From the NCBI GenBank assembly GCA_044347345.1, contig JBIKUX010000009.1, positions 27,508 through 91,507 of the forward strand: a stretch of 64,000 nt of DNA, read 5' to 3'. Position 1 is the first letter of the stretch. Each line of letters opens with the position of its first letter. Below the pieces are notes generated by a model, which had not been told where the DNA came from, did not search any database, and saw only the letters and a list, made by a program, of their open reading frames with translations. The DNA comes from Bdellovibrionota bacterium (lineage in GTDB: Bacteria; Bdellovibrionota_C; UBA2361; JBIKUX01). Made by a program: the position numbers and the translations under genes. Shown in pieces: positions 11,118 through 20,584 of this stretch.

Positions 11118-12140
11118 GTGACGCGTGGTATACTATCTTCAAGGCGAAGTGACTACACCGCAGAGGGTCTACTAGGCTCTCTCTTTGGTCACTTAGTATT
11201 TTTAGGGGTGCTTTTTTTGGGTGGCTTCCGTGAGAATAACTTCGATGAAGCTCCTGTATACTCGGTTTCTTTAGAGGGTGGAAAAACTCTTGGAGGAATA
11301 AGCCAAGTTGGTGATGGTAAAAAAAGTCCCGTAGCACCTCCTAAAAACGTCGGAGGAAAATCGGCAAAAGAACAGAAAGAAAAAGAGGCTATACCGACGG
11401 CTTTTCCCACAAAAGCACCAGTAACAGAGTCCAAGCCTACAGTTGCTCCTCCTACAGCCGCAGTAAAAGTAACAGAGCCTCCTAAAGTTAAAGACGACAA
11501 GAATACTGTTAAAACTGGATCCCTAACCGAGAAAGCCACTCCCAAGCCTACTCCCAGTAAGTCCACTGAGCCCACTCCTAAGGCTACAATACAGCCTAAA
11601 CCCTCTGTAAGTGCTTCACCGGCTCCTTCTGTTACCCAAAAAGCTAAACCGACCCCAGAAGAGGATAGCTCTACGACACCTCCACCGAAAAAAGGTAGTG
11701 ATGAGACAGGCAAGTCAAAGTCTAATAATCAATCTACTGACCCCAATGATGCTTATCAGAAAGCGATGCAAAGGTACTTAGGTGAATCTACAGCTGGTCG
11801 TGGTCAAGGTTTTGGTGCTGGTAAGCTGGGTGGAAACAGTATGGGAGGAGGCGAGCAGCGTCCACCAGAATTCTTCCGTTACCGAGATCTGTTAATGCGT
11901 GAGGTTAAACAAAATTGGCAGTGGTTTGATAGTCAATCATCTTTGGTAGCTCGGGTAGAGATGAAGATTGCACCTGACGGTCGTATTCTGGCAGAAAATA
12001 TTGTGCAGAGTTCTGGAGACAGGTCGTTTGATCTATCAGTTCTTCGAGCTGTTCGTAAGGCTGACCCTCTTCCTCCTCCTCCGGCAAACGTGTATCAATA
12101 TTTTGGCACGGTCACTATTGTATTTGATCCGAACGAATAG
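11118..12140 (+). CDS. tolA: TolA/TonB-family energy transducer
   Basis: N-terminal TM with His, Pro/Lys/Thr-rich linker, C-terminal SSGDRSFD.SVLRAV..ADPLPPPP; between tolR and tolB. Confidence 0.85.
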   Translation: MTRGILSSRRSDYTAEGLLGSLFGHLVFLGVLFLGGFRENNFDEAPVYSVSLEGGKTLGGISQVGDGKKSPVAPPKNVGGKSAKEQKEKEAIPTAFPTKAPVTESKPTVAPPTAAVKVTEPPKVKDDKNTVKTGSLTEKATPKPTPSKSTEPTPKATIQPKPSVSASPAPSVTQKAKPTPEEDSSTTPPPKKGSDETGKSKSNNQSTDPNDAYQKAMQRYLGESTAGRGQGFGAGKLGGNSMGGGEQRPPEFFRYRDLLMREVKQNWQWFDSQSSLVARVEMKIAPDGRILAENIVQSSGDRSFDLSVLRAVRKADPLPPPPANVYQYFGTVTIVFDPNE

Positions 12141-12194
12141 GGCGTATTTAGCTCTTACAAGATAAGAGTTTTTAAAAAGAAACAAGGAGAAAAG

Positions 12195-13577
12195 GTGGCA
12201 TACAAAAAGCAGGTGGTACCGAAATATTCAGATTTTAAAATAATGTATAAAATTGTCTTTAGTGTAATACTAATAGCAAGTGCTACAATTATTTTAGCAA
12301 AAACATCTCATGCTCAGTCTGATACGACCATTGTTGTTTCAGACCCACAGAGACAAGTAGCTATAGCACTTCCAATTTTGTGCGTAGCAGGAGGCTCATC
12401 TACCGCTGAAGTTAAAATCCCCAAGGTCATTGCCAGAGATTTAGAACTTTCTGGTTATTTTAAGGTAATAGATCCCAGAAGCTATTTGGAGCCAGCAGGG
12501 ACGTGTACACCTCCAGAAAGTCAGAAATATGAGGACTGGAGAGTTTTACGCAGCGAATGGTTAGTTAAGGGTCGAGTAGTTGGAAGTGGCTCTTCTGTTA
12601 AGTTGCAACTTTATCTTCATGATGTTCCTGGTGAACGGATAGCATTCGGGAAAGAGTATCAAGGAAGCGTGGGTGATATACCGCAAATAGCTCATCGGTT
12701 TGCCAATGAAATTATGAGAATAGTTACCGGTGAATATGGTCCTTTTGGTAGTGAAATAGTTTTCTCTGGTCGGGTAGGGCGCTTTAAAGATCTGTTTATT
12801 ATGGATATGGACGGAAATAATACGCGGCAGTTAACCAACGAGCGCGGATTAGCATTATCACCTCGATGGGATAAAAACGGGCGTCGCTTGCTTTATACTT
12901 CTTATCGGCGCCGAATACCTGATCTTTTCTTACTTGATGTAGCTAATCGTGGGACTTCACCCCTAACTTCCGGGCCAGCCTTAGAAGTTGGAGGAGTATT
13001 TTTGCCTAACGGTAATGTCGTAACCTCTGTTACTGAGCAAAGTGATTCAAGCTTGGTTGAGCTTACCCCCAGTGGTCAAATTGTTCGAACTTTAACTCCA
13101 CGTAATAGGGCAATAGATGTATCGCCTACTTTGTCACCTGATGGTTCACGTATAGCATTTTGCTCTGACCGCGCTGGTGGGCCACAAATCTACGTAATGC
13201 CAGTAAGTGGTGGTGAATCTAGGCGCATAAGCTTTGTGACTTCTAGATACTGCACTTCACCATCCTGGTCCCCTAAGGGAGACCGTATAGCGTTTGTGTG
13301 TCGAGCTGACGGCGGATTTCAGATGTTTGTATCCGGAGCTGATGGTCAAAATCCTATTCAACTAACTAGTGGCGGTGATAATGAAGACCCCTCTTGGTCG
13401 CCTGATGGTAGGTACCTTGCTTACGCAACTACTATGGGGGGCGGTGGCGTGAGAGGAGGCTTTAGTATAGCTATGATGAGAGTAGTGAGAGGCATGGAAG
13501 GCAGTGCAATAAGTACTATTAGCACCCATCGTGGTGATGCTACTCAGCCTTCCTGGGGTCCTTTACCGGGTCAGTAG
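12195..13577 (+). CDS. tolB: Tol-Pal beta-propeller protein TolB
   Basis: TolB N-terminal domain (DLELSGYF, AHRFANEI) and repeated P.WSP.G motifs; true start may be ATG 12243. Confidence 0.93.
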   Translation: MAYKKQVVPKYSDFKIMYKIVFSVILIASATIILAKTSHAQSDTTIVVSDPQRQVAIALPILCVAGGSSTAEVKIPKVIARDLELSGYFKVIDPRSYLEPAGTCTPPESQKYEDWRVLRSEWLVKGRVVGSGSSVKLQLYLHDVPGERIAFGKEYQGSVGDIPQIAHRFANEIMRIVTGEYGPFGSEIVFSGRVGRFKDLFIMDMDGNNTRQLTNERGLALSPRWDKNGRRLLYTSYRRRIPDLFLLDVANRGTSPLTSGPALEVGGVFLPNGNVVTSVTEQSDSSLVELTPSGQIVRTLTPRNRAIDVSPTLSPDGSRIAFCSDRAGGPQIYVMPVSGGESRRISFVTSRYCTSPSWSPKGDRIAFVCRADGGFQMFVSGADGQNPIQLTSGGDNEDPSWSPDGRYLAYATTMGGGGVRGGFSIAMMRVVRGMEGSAISTISTHRGDATQPSWGPLPGQ

Positions 13578-13722
13578 TACATAATTTTAATTTTTTTTGG
13601 CAAGTATTTGCATCCACTTAAAGTGAACATATTGCAAAGGAAGCCTTAGTGCTGTAGATACAACCCGTAATTGTGGGTTGCCCAAAAAATATTCAGGAAT
13701 TTTTTTAGTGTTTGGAGGATTT

Positions 13723-14199
13723 ATGAAGGTCCATCGTTTAGGCGTAATTCTCGCTGCTAGTGTTTTTGCTGCAGCGTGTACTTGCCGACCACACAAGAAC
13801 ATTTATGACGGTATGGGTCCGGGTGCAAAAGTTGAAGATAATATTAGTGACGCCGCTCAAGATGGTCTCCTAAAGGATGTCTACTTTGCTTTTGACTCAT
13901 ACGCTCTTACTGAGCAGTCAAAATCAGTTCTACGTAGCAATGCGGCGGCGATTAAGGAAAAGAGTCTCCGAGTGGAGATTGAAGGCCATTGTGATGAGCG
14001 TGGTACAAATGAGTACAATATGGTGCTCGGTGCTAAGCGTGCAAGAGCTGCATTAGATTACTATGTCGCTCTTGGAGTTCCTACATCGTCTCTTTCAACC
14101 GTAAGTTACGGTGAAGAACTACCACTTGACCCAAGACACAGTGAAGATGCGTGGGCTAAGAACCGTCGCGCCCATTTCAAGGTTCTTGCTGGCAAGTAA
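13723..14199 (+). CDS. pal: Peptidoglycan-associated lipoprotein
   Basis: YFAFDS, IEGHCDERGTNEYNMVLG.KRA, SYGEE.P, NRRA; ATG 13723 has a GGAGG RBS and a lipoprotein signal. Confidence 0.96.
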   Translation: MKVHRLGVILAASVFAAACTCRPHKNIYDGMGPGAKVEDNISDAAQDGLLKDVYFAFDSYALTEQSKSVLRSNAAAIKEKSLRVEIEGHCDERGTNEYNMVLGAKRARAALDYYVALGVPTSSLSTVSYGEELPLDPRHSEDAWAKNRRAHFKVLAGK

Positions 14200-14358
14200 G
14201 CTAAGGTAGGGCACTGCGAGTTTACAGAGGCAAAAAAGCTTTCTGAGAGTCTTTATTAAGGTAAGGTAGCTCAGAGTTAAGGCTTTTTAGCCTGCCTAAG
14301 CTACTTTAAAGTCGCCTGATGTAGATTCGCGTGGAAGCATTATTAACTAGTAGTTCTA

Positions 14359-14395
14359 GGGGTCAGAAAAGCAGTTGTTTTTGACCCCGTTTTTT
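14359..14395 (+). terminator. Probable rho-independent terminator after pal
   Basis: GGGGTCAGAAA-loop-TTTTTGACCCC followed by GTTTTTT. Confidence 0.75.
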
Positions 14396-14435
14396 AAGTT
14401 TTAGTTTTGAGGATTTATCCTATTTAGGTTTTGCT

Positions 14436-15149
14436 ATGGCTCCGAAATTGACCTTTTTAGTTGTTACATCAGCTGTACTAGTCGGTTGTACCGCTGAGTT
14501 ACAGCGCGATGTAAGGATACTAAAGCGGGATCTTTCGCAAGTTAGGTCTATACAGGCCGAGCATCATGCACAACTCACTCAGATTCAGGAGGAGCAGAGT
14601 GCTCTGCTTGGACGAGTGGAAGAGATGGAGCATTCTCAGCGAACCAAGATAGACTCTGCCGTATCATCTCTCAGAAATGAAGTTGATACATTGACTCGCA
14701 GGGTACCTCCGCCAAGTGGAGTGCCTGAAGATCTTCTAGATCAGGATGTAGTCATTGCAGGGTCGCTTGCACCAGAGATAGGTTCTCGCTTTCAGAAGGG
14801 TCTAGATCTAGTCAGAGTGGGCAAGTTTAACGAATCTGTGTCTGTTTTGCAGTCAGCGTTAGATGCAAGCGTAGGCATGGCTCACACAGCTCAGATATAT
14901 TTCTGGCTTGGGGTTTGCTACCAGCAGTTAAGGGATTTTAAAAATGCTCTAAGAGCCTTTAATGAGGTGGTTACAGGCTACCCAAGTTCGGAGAGATTGC
15001 CTTCAGCTTTACTCAGACAAGCATTAGTTTTTAAGGATCTTGGGGATGTTACCACTTATGAGGTGACTTTGCGTAAGTTAATTAAAGATTTCCCTAGAAG
15101 CGCGGAATCAAGGAGGGCACAGTCTCTCTTGGGTAACAAAAACCGTTGA
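14436..15149 (+). CDS. cpoB: CpoB/YbgF-like TPR lipoprotein
   Basis: Lipobox LVGC, coiled coil, TPR-like YFWLG...YPSS...ALL...LIKDFPRS; follows pal. Confidence 0.85.
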   Translation: MAPKLTFLVVTSAVLVGCTAELQRDVRILKRDLSQVRSIQAEHHAQLTQIQEEQSALLGRVEEMEHSQRTKIDSAVSSLRNEVDTLTRRVPPPSGVPEDLLDQDVVIAGSLAPEIGSRFQKGLDLVRVGKFNESVSVLQSALDASVGMAHTAQIYFWLGVCYQQLRDFKNALRAFNEVVTGYPSSERLPSALLRQALVFKDLGDVTTYEVTLRKLIKDFPRSAESRRAQSLLGNKNR

Positions 15150-15262
15150 ATAATTCTTCAATGAGAGTTAGGGTCTCCAACCAATAAAAATACTGACTTT
15201 CTGGGTTAATCAGTTGTTCTGCCGTTCTTTATAGCATTCAACCGAAAATTTTTTAGAGATTA

Positions 15263-16204
15263 GTGATTGCAAGTAATCTTATTGCTACGTTAGGCACCTT
15301 TGACGGGCTTCATACAGGTCACCAACTTATAGCTCATGAAGTTATCAAAGAGGCCTCAGAAAATGGGGGTATACCAATGCTCCTATCTTTTTATCCACAC
15401 CCAGCAAGCGTTGTAGCTAAACGAGATGGAGGGTATTTGAGGGTTCCTCGTCTCTGTAGACCTAGGCAGTTTACTTCTATTGTTAAGAAATTAGGAATTA
15501 GCAGGGTTGAGCTTTGTCATTTTACTCAGGCGCTGTCGTGCTTGAGCGGTGAGGAATTTATACGCAATATTATCTTGAACCGATACGGCATTGACAGACT
15601 AATTGTCGGCGAAGATGCAGGAATTGGGCGCGCAAGATCAATGAGTGCAAAAGCACTTGTTTCGGCGATGCAACGATTTGGTAAAAGTGGCAGAATTGTC
15701 TCTTCGTTATGTGATAACGGGGAAAAAATTGGTTCACGGTTAATTAGATCGGCTATTGAAGGTGGAGAAGTTGAGCAAGTAAGTCATTTACTTGGAAGGC
15801 CTTACAGTATCCTCGGAAGAGTAGTTGCCGGTAGTGGGCGTGGTAAAGTGATTGGAATACCAACTGCAAATGTTGGAGATATTCGCCAATTACTCCCTAA
15901 AATAGGCGTATATGGGGGAGTTGCTATGGTTGATGGGTGCGCTTACCGAGCCATGATCAACATTGGTGTGCGGCCAACTTTTTTTGAGAATAACCCTAAT
16001 GTTGTTGTTGAGGCTCATCTGCTTCAGTATTCGGGTAAAGAACAGTATGGATCTAGAATAGAAGTATGGTTTACCCATCGGTTAAGAATGGAAAAAAAAT
16101 TTAATTCTATAGCTGATCTTACTAAGCAAATTCTTTTAGATAAAGAAATTGTCTCAAACCTTAGCATATCAATACCGAAATGTATAAAGTTTGCAGTTGA
16201 GTAA
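15263..16204 (+). CDS. ribF: Bifunctional riboflavin kinase/FAD synthetase
   Basis: GTFDGLHTGH, F.PHP, G.PTAN, NIGVRPTF, EAHLL. Confidence 0.95.
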   Translation: MIASNLIATLGTFDGLHTGHQLIAHEVIKEASENGGIPMLLSFYPHPASVVAKRDGGYLRVPRLCRPRQFTSIVKKLGISRVELCHFTQALSCLSGEEFIRNIILNRYGIDRLIVGEDAGIGRARSMSAKALVSAMQRFGKSGRIVSSLCDNGEKIGSRLIRSAIEGGEVEQVSHLLGRPYSILGRVVAGSGRGKVIGIPTANVGDIRQLLPKIGVYGGVAMVDGCAYRAMINIGVRPTFFENNPNVVVEAHLLQYSGKEQYGSRIEVWFTHRLRMEKKFNSIADLTKQILLDKEIVSNLSISIPKCIKFAVE

Positions 16205-16240
16205 GTCGGTAGTGGCCTAATCCTTCGTCTCACGAAAGTC

Positions 16241-17404
16241 ATGAATAGCTCTAAAGTTTCTCCGTATACATTCAAATTTTTATCAAATGAAGAGGATGCT
16301 TCCTCGGGCGGTGATTGGCGCTTAGATAGTTGGCTTACTAAAAAAGTTAATCAGGAATTATTATTAGAAAAGGATGGGAGAGTGCAGGTGTCTCGCTCTG
16401 CTATTCGAGAGCGCATTCTGTGCGGTGCTGTAGCAGTTAACGGTATAATTATAAGTAAGCCAGGTGTTAGACTACAGAGTGGAGATATCATAATTTTTGA
16501 TTTTTCCATTACCGTACCAGAAACACCACTCGCCCCGTATGAATTTCCACTAAATATCTTACACGAAGATAATGCAGTGTTAGTGATTGATAAACCATCT
16601 GGGCTTGCTGTTCATCCTGGCAGTGGCACCGGATCATTGACTCTTATAAATGCAATTATTGCTCATGGACGAAAGAACGGGTGGGATCCTACGGTAAATT
16701 TTAATGCGTCTGACAGTTCCGGTGAGTTAGCACAGTCTCTGAATTATAACTCCCATAATTCGATTAATAGAACAATTATAAGAGATAATAACTCTAATTC
16801 TTATCGGCCAGGTATAGTGCACCGACTTGATAAGGATACTTCAGGAATAATAGTTGTAGCAAAAACTAGATATGCTCATGATAAATTATCTAAACAGTTT
16901 CATGACCGAACTATTCAGCGTAAATACGTAGCTTTGGCGTTAATCATGCCAAGACGTCTTACTCCTTTGTCTTCCACTGATCTTGGTAAAATAGAATTAC
17001 CTATAGGGCGCGATCCTCATCAACGTACGCTTATGAAAATTAATGGAATAGGGAGTCGCCGAGCAGTAACTCATTTTGAGGTAGAAAAACGCTTACCATT
17101 TTGCGCGCTTTTATCACTTCGCTTAGAAACTGGTAGAACTCATCAGATAAGAGTGCACTGTGCTGCAGTCGGTTGTCCACTTATTGGAGATCCAATTTAT
17201 GGCGAAGATCATCTTTTACCTCCTGTTCTTCAACGAGCCTCTAAGGAGTTAGGGCGCCAAGCTCTTCATGCTACTCAGCTAGGATTTTATCATCCAGACA
17301 ATAATAAATTTCTGTTATTTAATTCGCCTTTTCCTGAGGATTTTAATCAAATTTACTCTGTTTTTAACAATGAGATCGCAAGAAAAAATCATGAAAATTG
17401 TTAA
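16241..17404 (+). CDS. rluD: RluA/RluD family pseudouridine synthase
   Basis: S4-like N-terminus, DKPSGLAVHPG, GIVHRLDKDTSG, LETGRTHQIRVH, QALHA; followed by pgeF. Confidence 0.92.
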   Translation: MNSSKVSPYTFKFLSNEEDASSGGDWRLDSWLTKKVNQELLLEKDGRVQVSRSAIRERILCGAVAVNGIIISKPGVRLQSGDIIIFDFSITVPETPLAPYEFPLNILHEDNAVLVIDKPSGLAVHPGSGTGSLTLINAIIAHGRKNGWDPTVNFNASDSSGELAQSLNYNSHNSINRTIIRDNNSNSYRPGIVHRLDKDTSGIIVVAKTRYAHDKLSKQFHDRTIQRKYVALALIMPRRLTPLSSTDLGKIELPIGRDPHQRTLMKINGIGSRRAVTHFEVEKRLPFCALLSLRLETGRTHQIRVHCAAVGCPLIGDPIYGEDHLLPPVLQRASKELGRQALHATQLGFYHPDNNKFLLFNSPFPEDFNQIYSVFNNEIARKNHENC

Positions 17405-18143
17405 TAATTGGGATTGGCAAGAGAATAACGTATTAGTGTTTCGTCCTTGGCTAGATGAAGGTATTACTCACGGTATCACCGGAATAGTTCCTTTTAGGGA
17501 AACTTATTTGAGCATTGCAGATTATGCCCGCCTATTTTCGAGTTGGTATCCTGATACCTCACTACTAATAAGCCATCAGGTTCATGGTTCTATTATCTTA
17601 GAGATATCCAAAGACACTCCAATCACTGAATATCTCTCTATTGTAGGAGAAGGAGATGCAATCATCGCACCTCGAATAAATGATACTTCTTCAAACCAAA
17701 GGAGAGCAATAGCTGTACAAACTGCCGATTGTGCCCCTATTTTAATTGTCACTGAACTTGACGTAGCTGTGGTACATGCTGGTTGGCGAGGATTAGCCTC
17801 TGGTATTATAAAAAAAACCGTACAGAAACTTTTTAGTAGAGGTGGAAAAGTATGTAGAGCTGTGGTTGGTCCAGCCGCCACAACCAAATTTTATGAGGTA
17901 GGATCTGAAGTAATTGAAGCTATTGGAACCACCGCTGAAGCGATCAAGAAAAACGATACCCAATGGTTTCTTGATGTCGGACGTACAGCGTTAAACCAAT
18001 GTATTTTAGCATTAGGGTCTACCGGAGAAGGTCATTTAGCAAATATTTGTACTATTGAAGATTTACGATTTTATTCTTATCGCCGGTCGATGAAAACTAA
18101 TACTCCACTTCAGGGGAGAAATGTTTCATTTATTTTTTGTTAA
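17391..18143 (+). CDS. pgeF: Peptidoglycan editing factor PgeF/YfiH-like (laccase-domain) protein
   Basis: QVHG, TADCAPI, HAGWRG, CT...FYSYRR; start chosen at ATG 17391 (ORF track start 17370). Confidence 0.88.
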   Translation: MKIVNNWDWQENNVLVFRPWLDEGITHGITGIVPFRETYLSIADYARLFSSWYPDTSLLISHQVHGSIILEISKDTPITEYLSIVGEGDAIIAPRINDTSSNQRRAIAVQTADCAPILIVTELDVAVVHAGWRGLASGIIKKTVQKLFSRGGKVCRAVVGPAATTKFYEVGSEVIEAIGTTAEAIKKNDTQWFLDVGRTALNQCILALGSTGEGHLANICTIEDLRFYSYRRSMKTNTPLQGRNVSFIFC

Positions 18144-18172
18144 ACTATAAATAAGTCCAATAATTTTGTTAA

Positions 18173-18964
18173 ATGATTAGGGATAAATGTTTTTCATCTA
18201 TAACATTGGATAAGTCTCTTGGTTTTGGCCATTTTACCTCATTTTTAATTGAACAAGATGCTTTTAATCAGCACTATGTGCGAGGTTTAAATTTACATTT
18301 TGCAAGATTACTGCGAGCGTCAAAAACACTTACTATTTTCTGTCCATCGTTAGAAGAAATAATTGAGCAATTAAAAGTTATTATTGCTACTAATAATGAA
18401 TCCACTGATGATAATGATAAGTTATCGCAAGCATTGTCTCTAAGGGTTAAGATTACAGTATGGCAAGACGGATGGAATATTTCAAAGCAATCTTATAATC
18501 CACATAACCCGACAGCTTTTAGGTTGGTTATGGTTGAAGGCGGAAGACCATTACCTGAATTAAAAAGTTGTTCAAGTTTTGTATCAGTTCTTGCACAGCA
18601 GTTTGCTGACAAATCTGGCTATAATACTGCTCTTTTAATGCAAGGTTCAGAAGTTTTAGAAGCAGCTTGGGGCAATATTATTTGGATATCAAAAAAAGCT
18701 GGAAAGCTTATGTATAGGACTGAGGGCGTTTTATCTGGAGTAGCTCAAACACTTATTACCCAAAACTTCCCTCACGAAGTAATAGATTGTAAGTTTTCCC
18801 TTAACGATCTTTATGAAAATGCTTCAGCCGTATTTTTCTGTAATGCTGTCAGAGGAGTAATTCCTGTAGCTCAAATTAATGAATGGAATGTTCCTCAATG
18901 CGATAGGTATTTTGTTGAAATTAATAAAGTATGGCAGGAGTCAGAGGTTATTAGGATTTCCTAG
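18173..18964 (+). CDS. Class IV aminotransferase-like (aminodeoxychorismate lyase-like) protein
   Basis: HFARL, ELKS, EAAWGNI, VLSGV, CNAVRGVIPV. Confidence 0.7.
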   Translation: MIRDKCFSSITLDKSLGFGHFTSFLIEQDAFNQHYVRGLNLHFARLLRASKTLTIFCPSLEEIIEQLKVIIATNNESTDDNDKLSQALSLRVKITVWQDGWNISKQSYNPHNPTAFRLVMVEGGRPLPELKSCSSFVSVLAQQFADKSGYNTALLMQGSEVLEAAWGNIIWISKKAGKLMYRTEGVLSGVAQTLITQNFPHEVIDCKFSLNDLYENASAVFFCNAVRGVIPVAQINEWNVPQCDRYFVEINKVWQESEVIRIS

Positions 18965-18965
18965 A

Positions 18966-20396
18966 TTAGGGTGCTAATAGGCCTCCAAGAAGTGCAGAAA
19001 TCGAGTTTTGTTGTTGTTGTAGTTTGCCAAACAAACCTTCAAGTTTTGAAAATCTATTAAGCATACTTTGCTCTTGTTTGGATATTGAAGACAATACGTC
19101 ACTTATTTTGTACGAATTTTGTTGAATACTTTCGCTGTTGGTGTTTATTTGTCTTTCTATTGTTCCGTTAAATCTTGTTGCAATTGATATAACTCCAGTT
19201 GATATATTAGAGAGAGACTCACTTATCTGTTCAAAAAGTTTTTGAACTGCTGATGAGTCTTTTGCTAAAGCATTCTCAGCATCTGTTTTATTAAATACCA
19301 GAGTACCATCACGATTTTTTGAGGTTACCCCGATATCAGCAAGAATTCTCACACTTCCTGAACTTTGTGACGTACTGTTCGTAAATACCCCACGTATTTG
19401 GCTGAGCAAAGTGTTGTCAATTTGCGTATTCGATAACGATCCAAATGTATTTATTATTTCCCCGTTTTCGTCTGATGTGGAAGTAATACTATTATTACTG
19501 TTTATAAAAGTAACGAGATCGTTATATGCAGTTACAAATGATTCTATTTTACTCGATGTACCAGTTATATCAGACGCTATAGATATATTACTGGTGCCAG
19601 TTGCACTAAGCTGAAGCGTTACTCCTGGAAGTAAGTCTGATATACTATTTGAAGAACGTGAAATAGTACCGCTTAATCCCGATATTGATAGCGAAGCGTT
19701 TGTAGCTTGAGATAAAGTATTTGCAGTAAATGCTCCAGAACCAGCACTAGATATTTCCGAACCTACACCGACAGACAACGACCCTGACTCTGTACCAGAG
19801 TTTTTTGATGAAATTAAGACAGCATAAGACGGGTCACCACTAGTTCCTACATTTATAAGTTCAGCTCTAGCAGAAGTAGATGCGGAATTAAAAGAGGAAA
19901 TAAAATTATCCACCGTGGTAGTATTTGAAAGCACTACTGAGACGGTTTCGCTTGATTGTCCAATGCCTACGTTAAAAGTAACAGTGCGTGAAGCTTCTGA
20001 TGCGTTGTTGTTTATGCTACTATTTATTACAGATGTAGCACTGGCAAATCTGTCGGAAAAAGATACAGAAGCATTTTTTGCGAGAGAAGTTACATTAATG
20101 GAGTAAGATCCAGATTGAGCTGCCGTTGAAGCTGAAACTGAGAGAACTGATTCATTAGATGAAGAAGAAGTTTTATTTACTCCCCCACCGTTTAGAACAC
20201 GAAATTTTTGAGATACCGCATCAAAAGCCTTTAGTTTTTTGTTAAGTTCATTGAGACTTTTACTTTGATCACTTAATTCGGTATTTCTCCTTTCAATTGG
20301 CGCCACTCTAAGGGCTTTTTGTTGTTCAATCGTTGCCTTAATAATTGCAGATGAATCTAGTCCAGAAACAATTCCTGAAAAATTTATTGGCGCCAT
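18966..20396 (-). CDS. fliD: Flagellar filament capping protein FliD, paralogue 1
   Basis: INFSGIVSGLDSS, YSINVTSLA, NSISDLLPGVTLQL, FVTAYNDL, LADIGV, RFSKLE; start by homology at ATG 20396 (ORF track start 20426). Confidence 0.93.
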   Translation of the reverse strand: MAPINFSGIVSGLDSSAIIKATIEQQKALRVAPIERRNTELSDQSKSLNELNKKLKAFDAVSQKFRVLNGGGVNKTSSSSNESVLSVSASTAAQSGSYSINVTSLAKNASVSFSDRFASATSVINSSINNNASEASRTVTFNVGIGQSSETVSVVLSNTTTVDNFISSFNSASTSARAELINVGTSGDPSYAVLISSKNSGTESGSLSVGVGSEISSAGSGAFTANTLSQATNASLSISGLSGTISRSSNSISDLLPGVTLQLSATGTSNISIASDITGTSSKIESFVTAYNDLVTFINSNNSITSTSDENGEIINTFGSLSNTQIDNTLLSQIRGVFTNSTSQSSGSVRILADIGVTSKNRDGTLVFNKTDAENALAKDSSAVQKLFEQISESLSNISTGVISIATRFNGTIERQINTNSESIQQNSYKISDVLSSISKQEQSMLNRFSKLEGLFGKLQQQQNSISALLGGLLAP

Positions 20397-20584
20397 ACCT
20401 AACCGTACCGTACTGTACTGTATCATGCCTTACCTAAACTCCCTCCGTTTAGGGGAGCTAAGTTTTTTTTGTAAAAGAACTATTGGAAGTTATGGTCGAC
20501 AACAAAAGAGAAATAAGTTAGATTTCGTAGCTTACTTGCTTAGAGCATTTTAAAAAACAAGCTTTGGTTCTGCTATGAAAACTG

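Noticed and set aside
11189-11713. 174-aa minus-strand ORF
   Set aside because: Antisense shadow of the low-complexity TolA linker; the same applies to the other short ORFs nested in confident genes.
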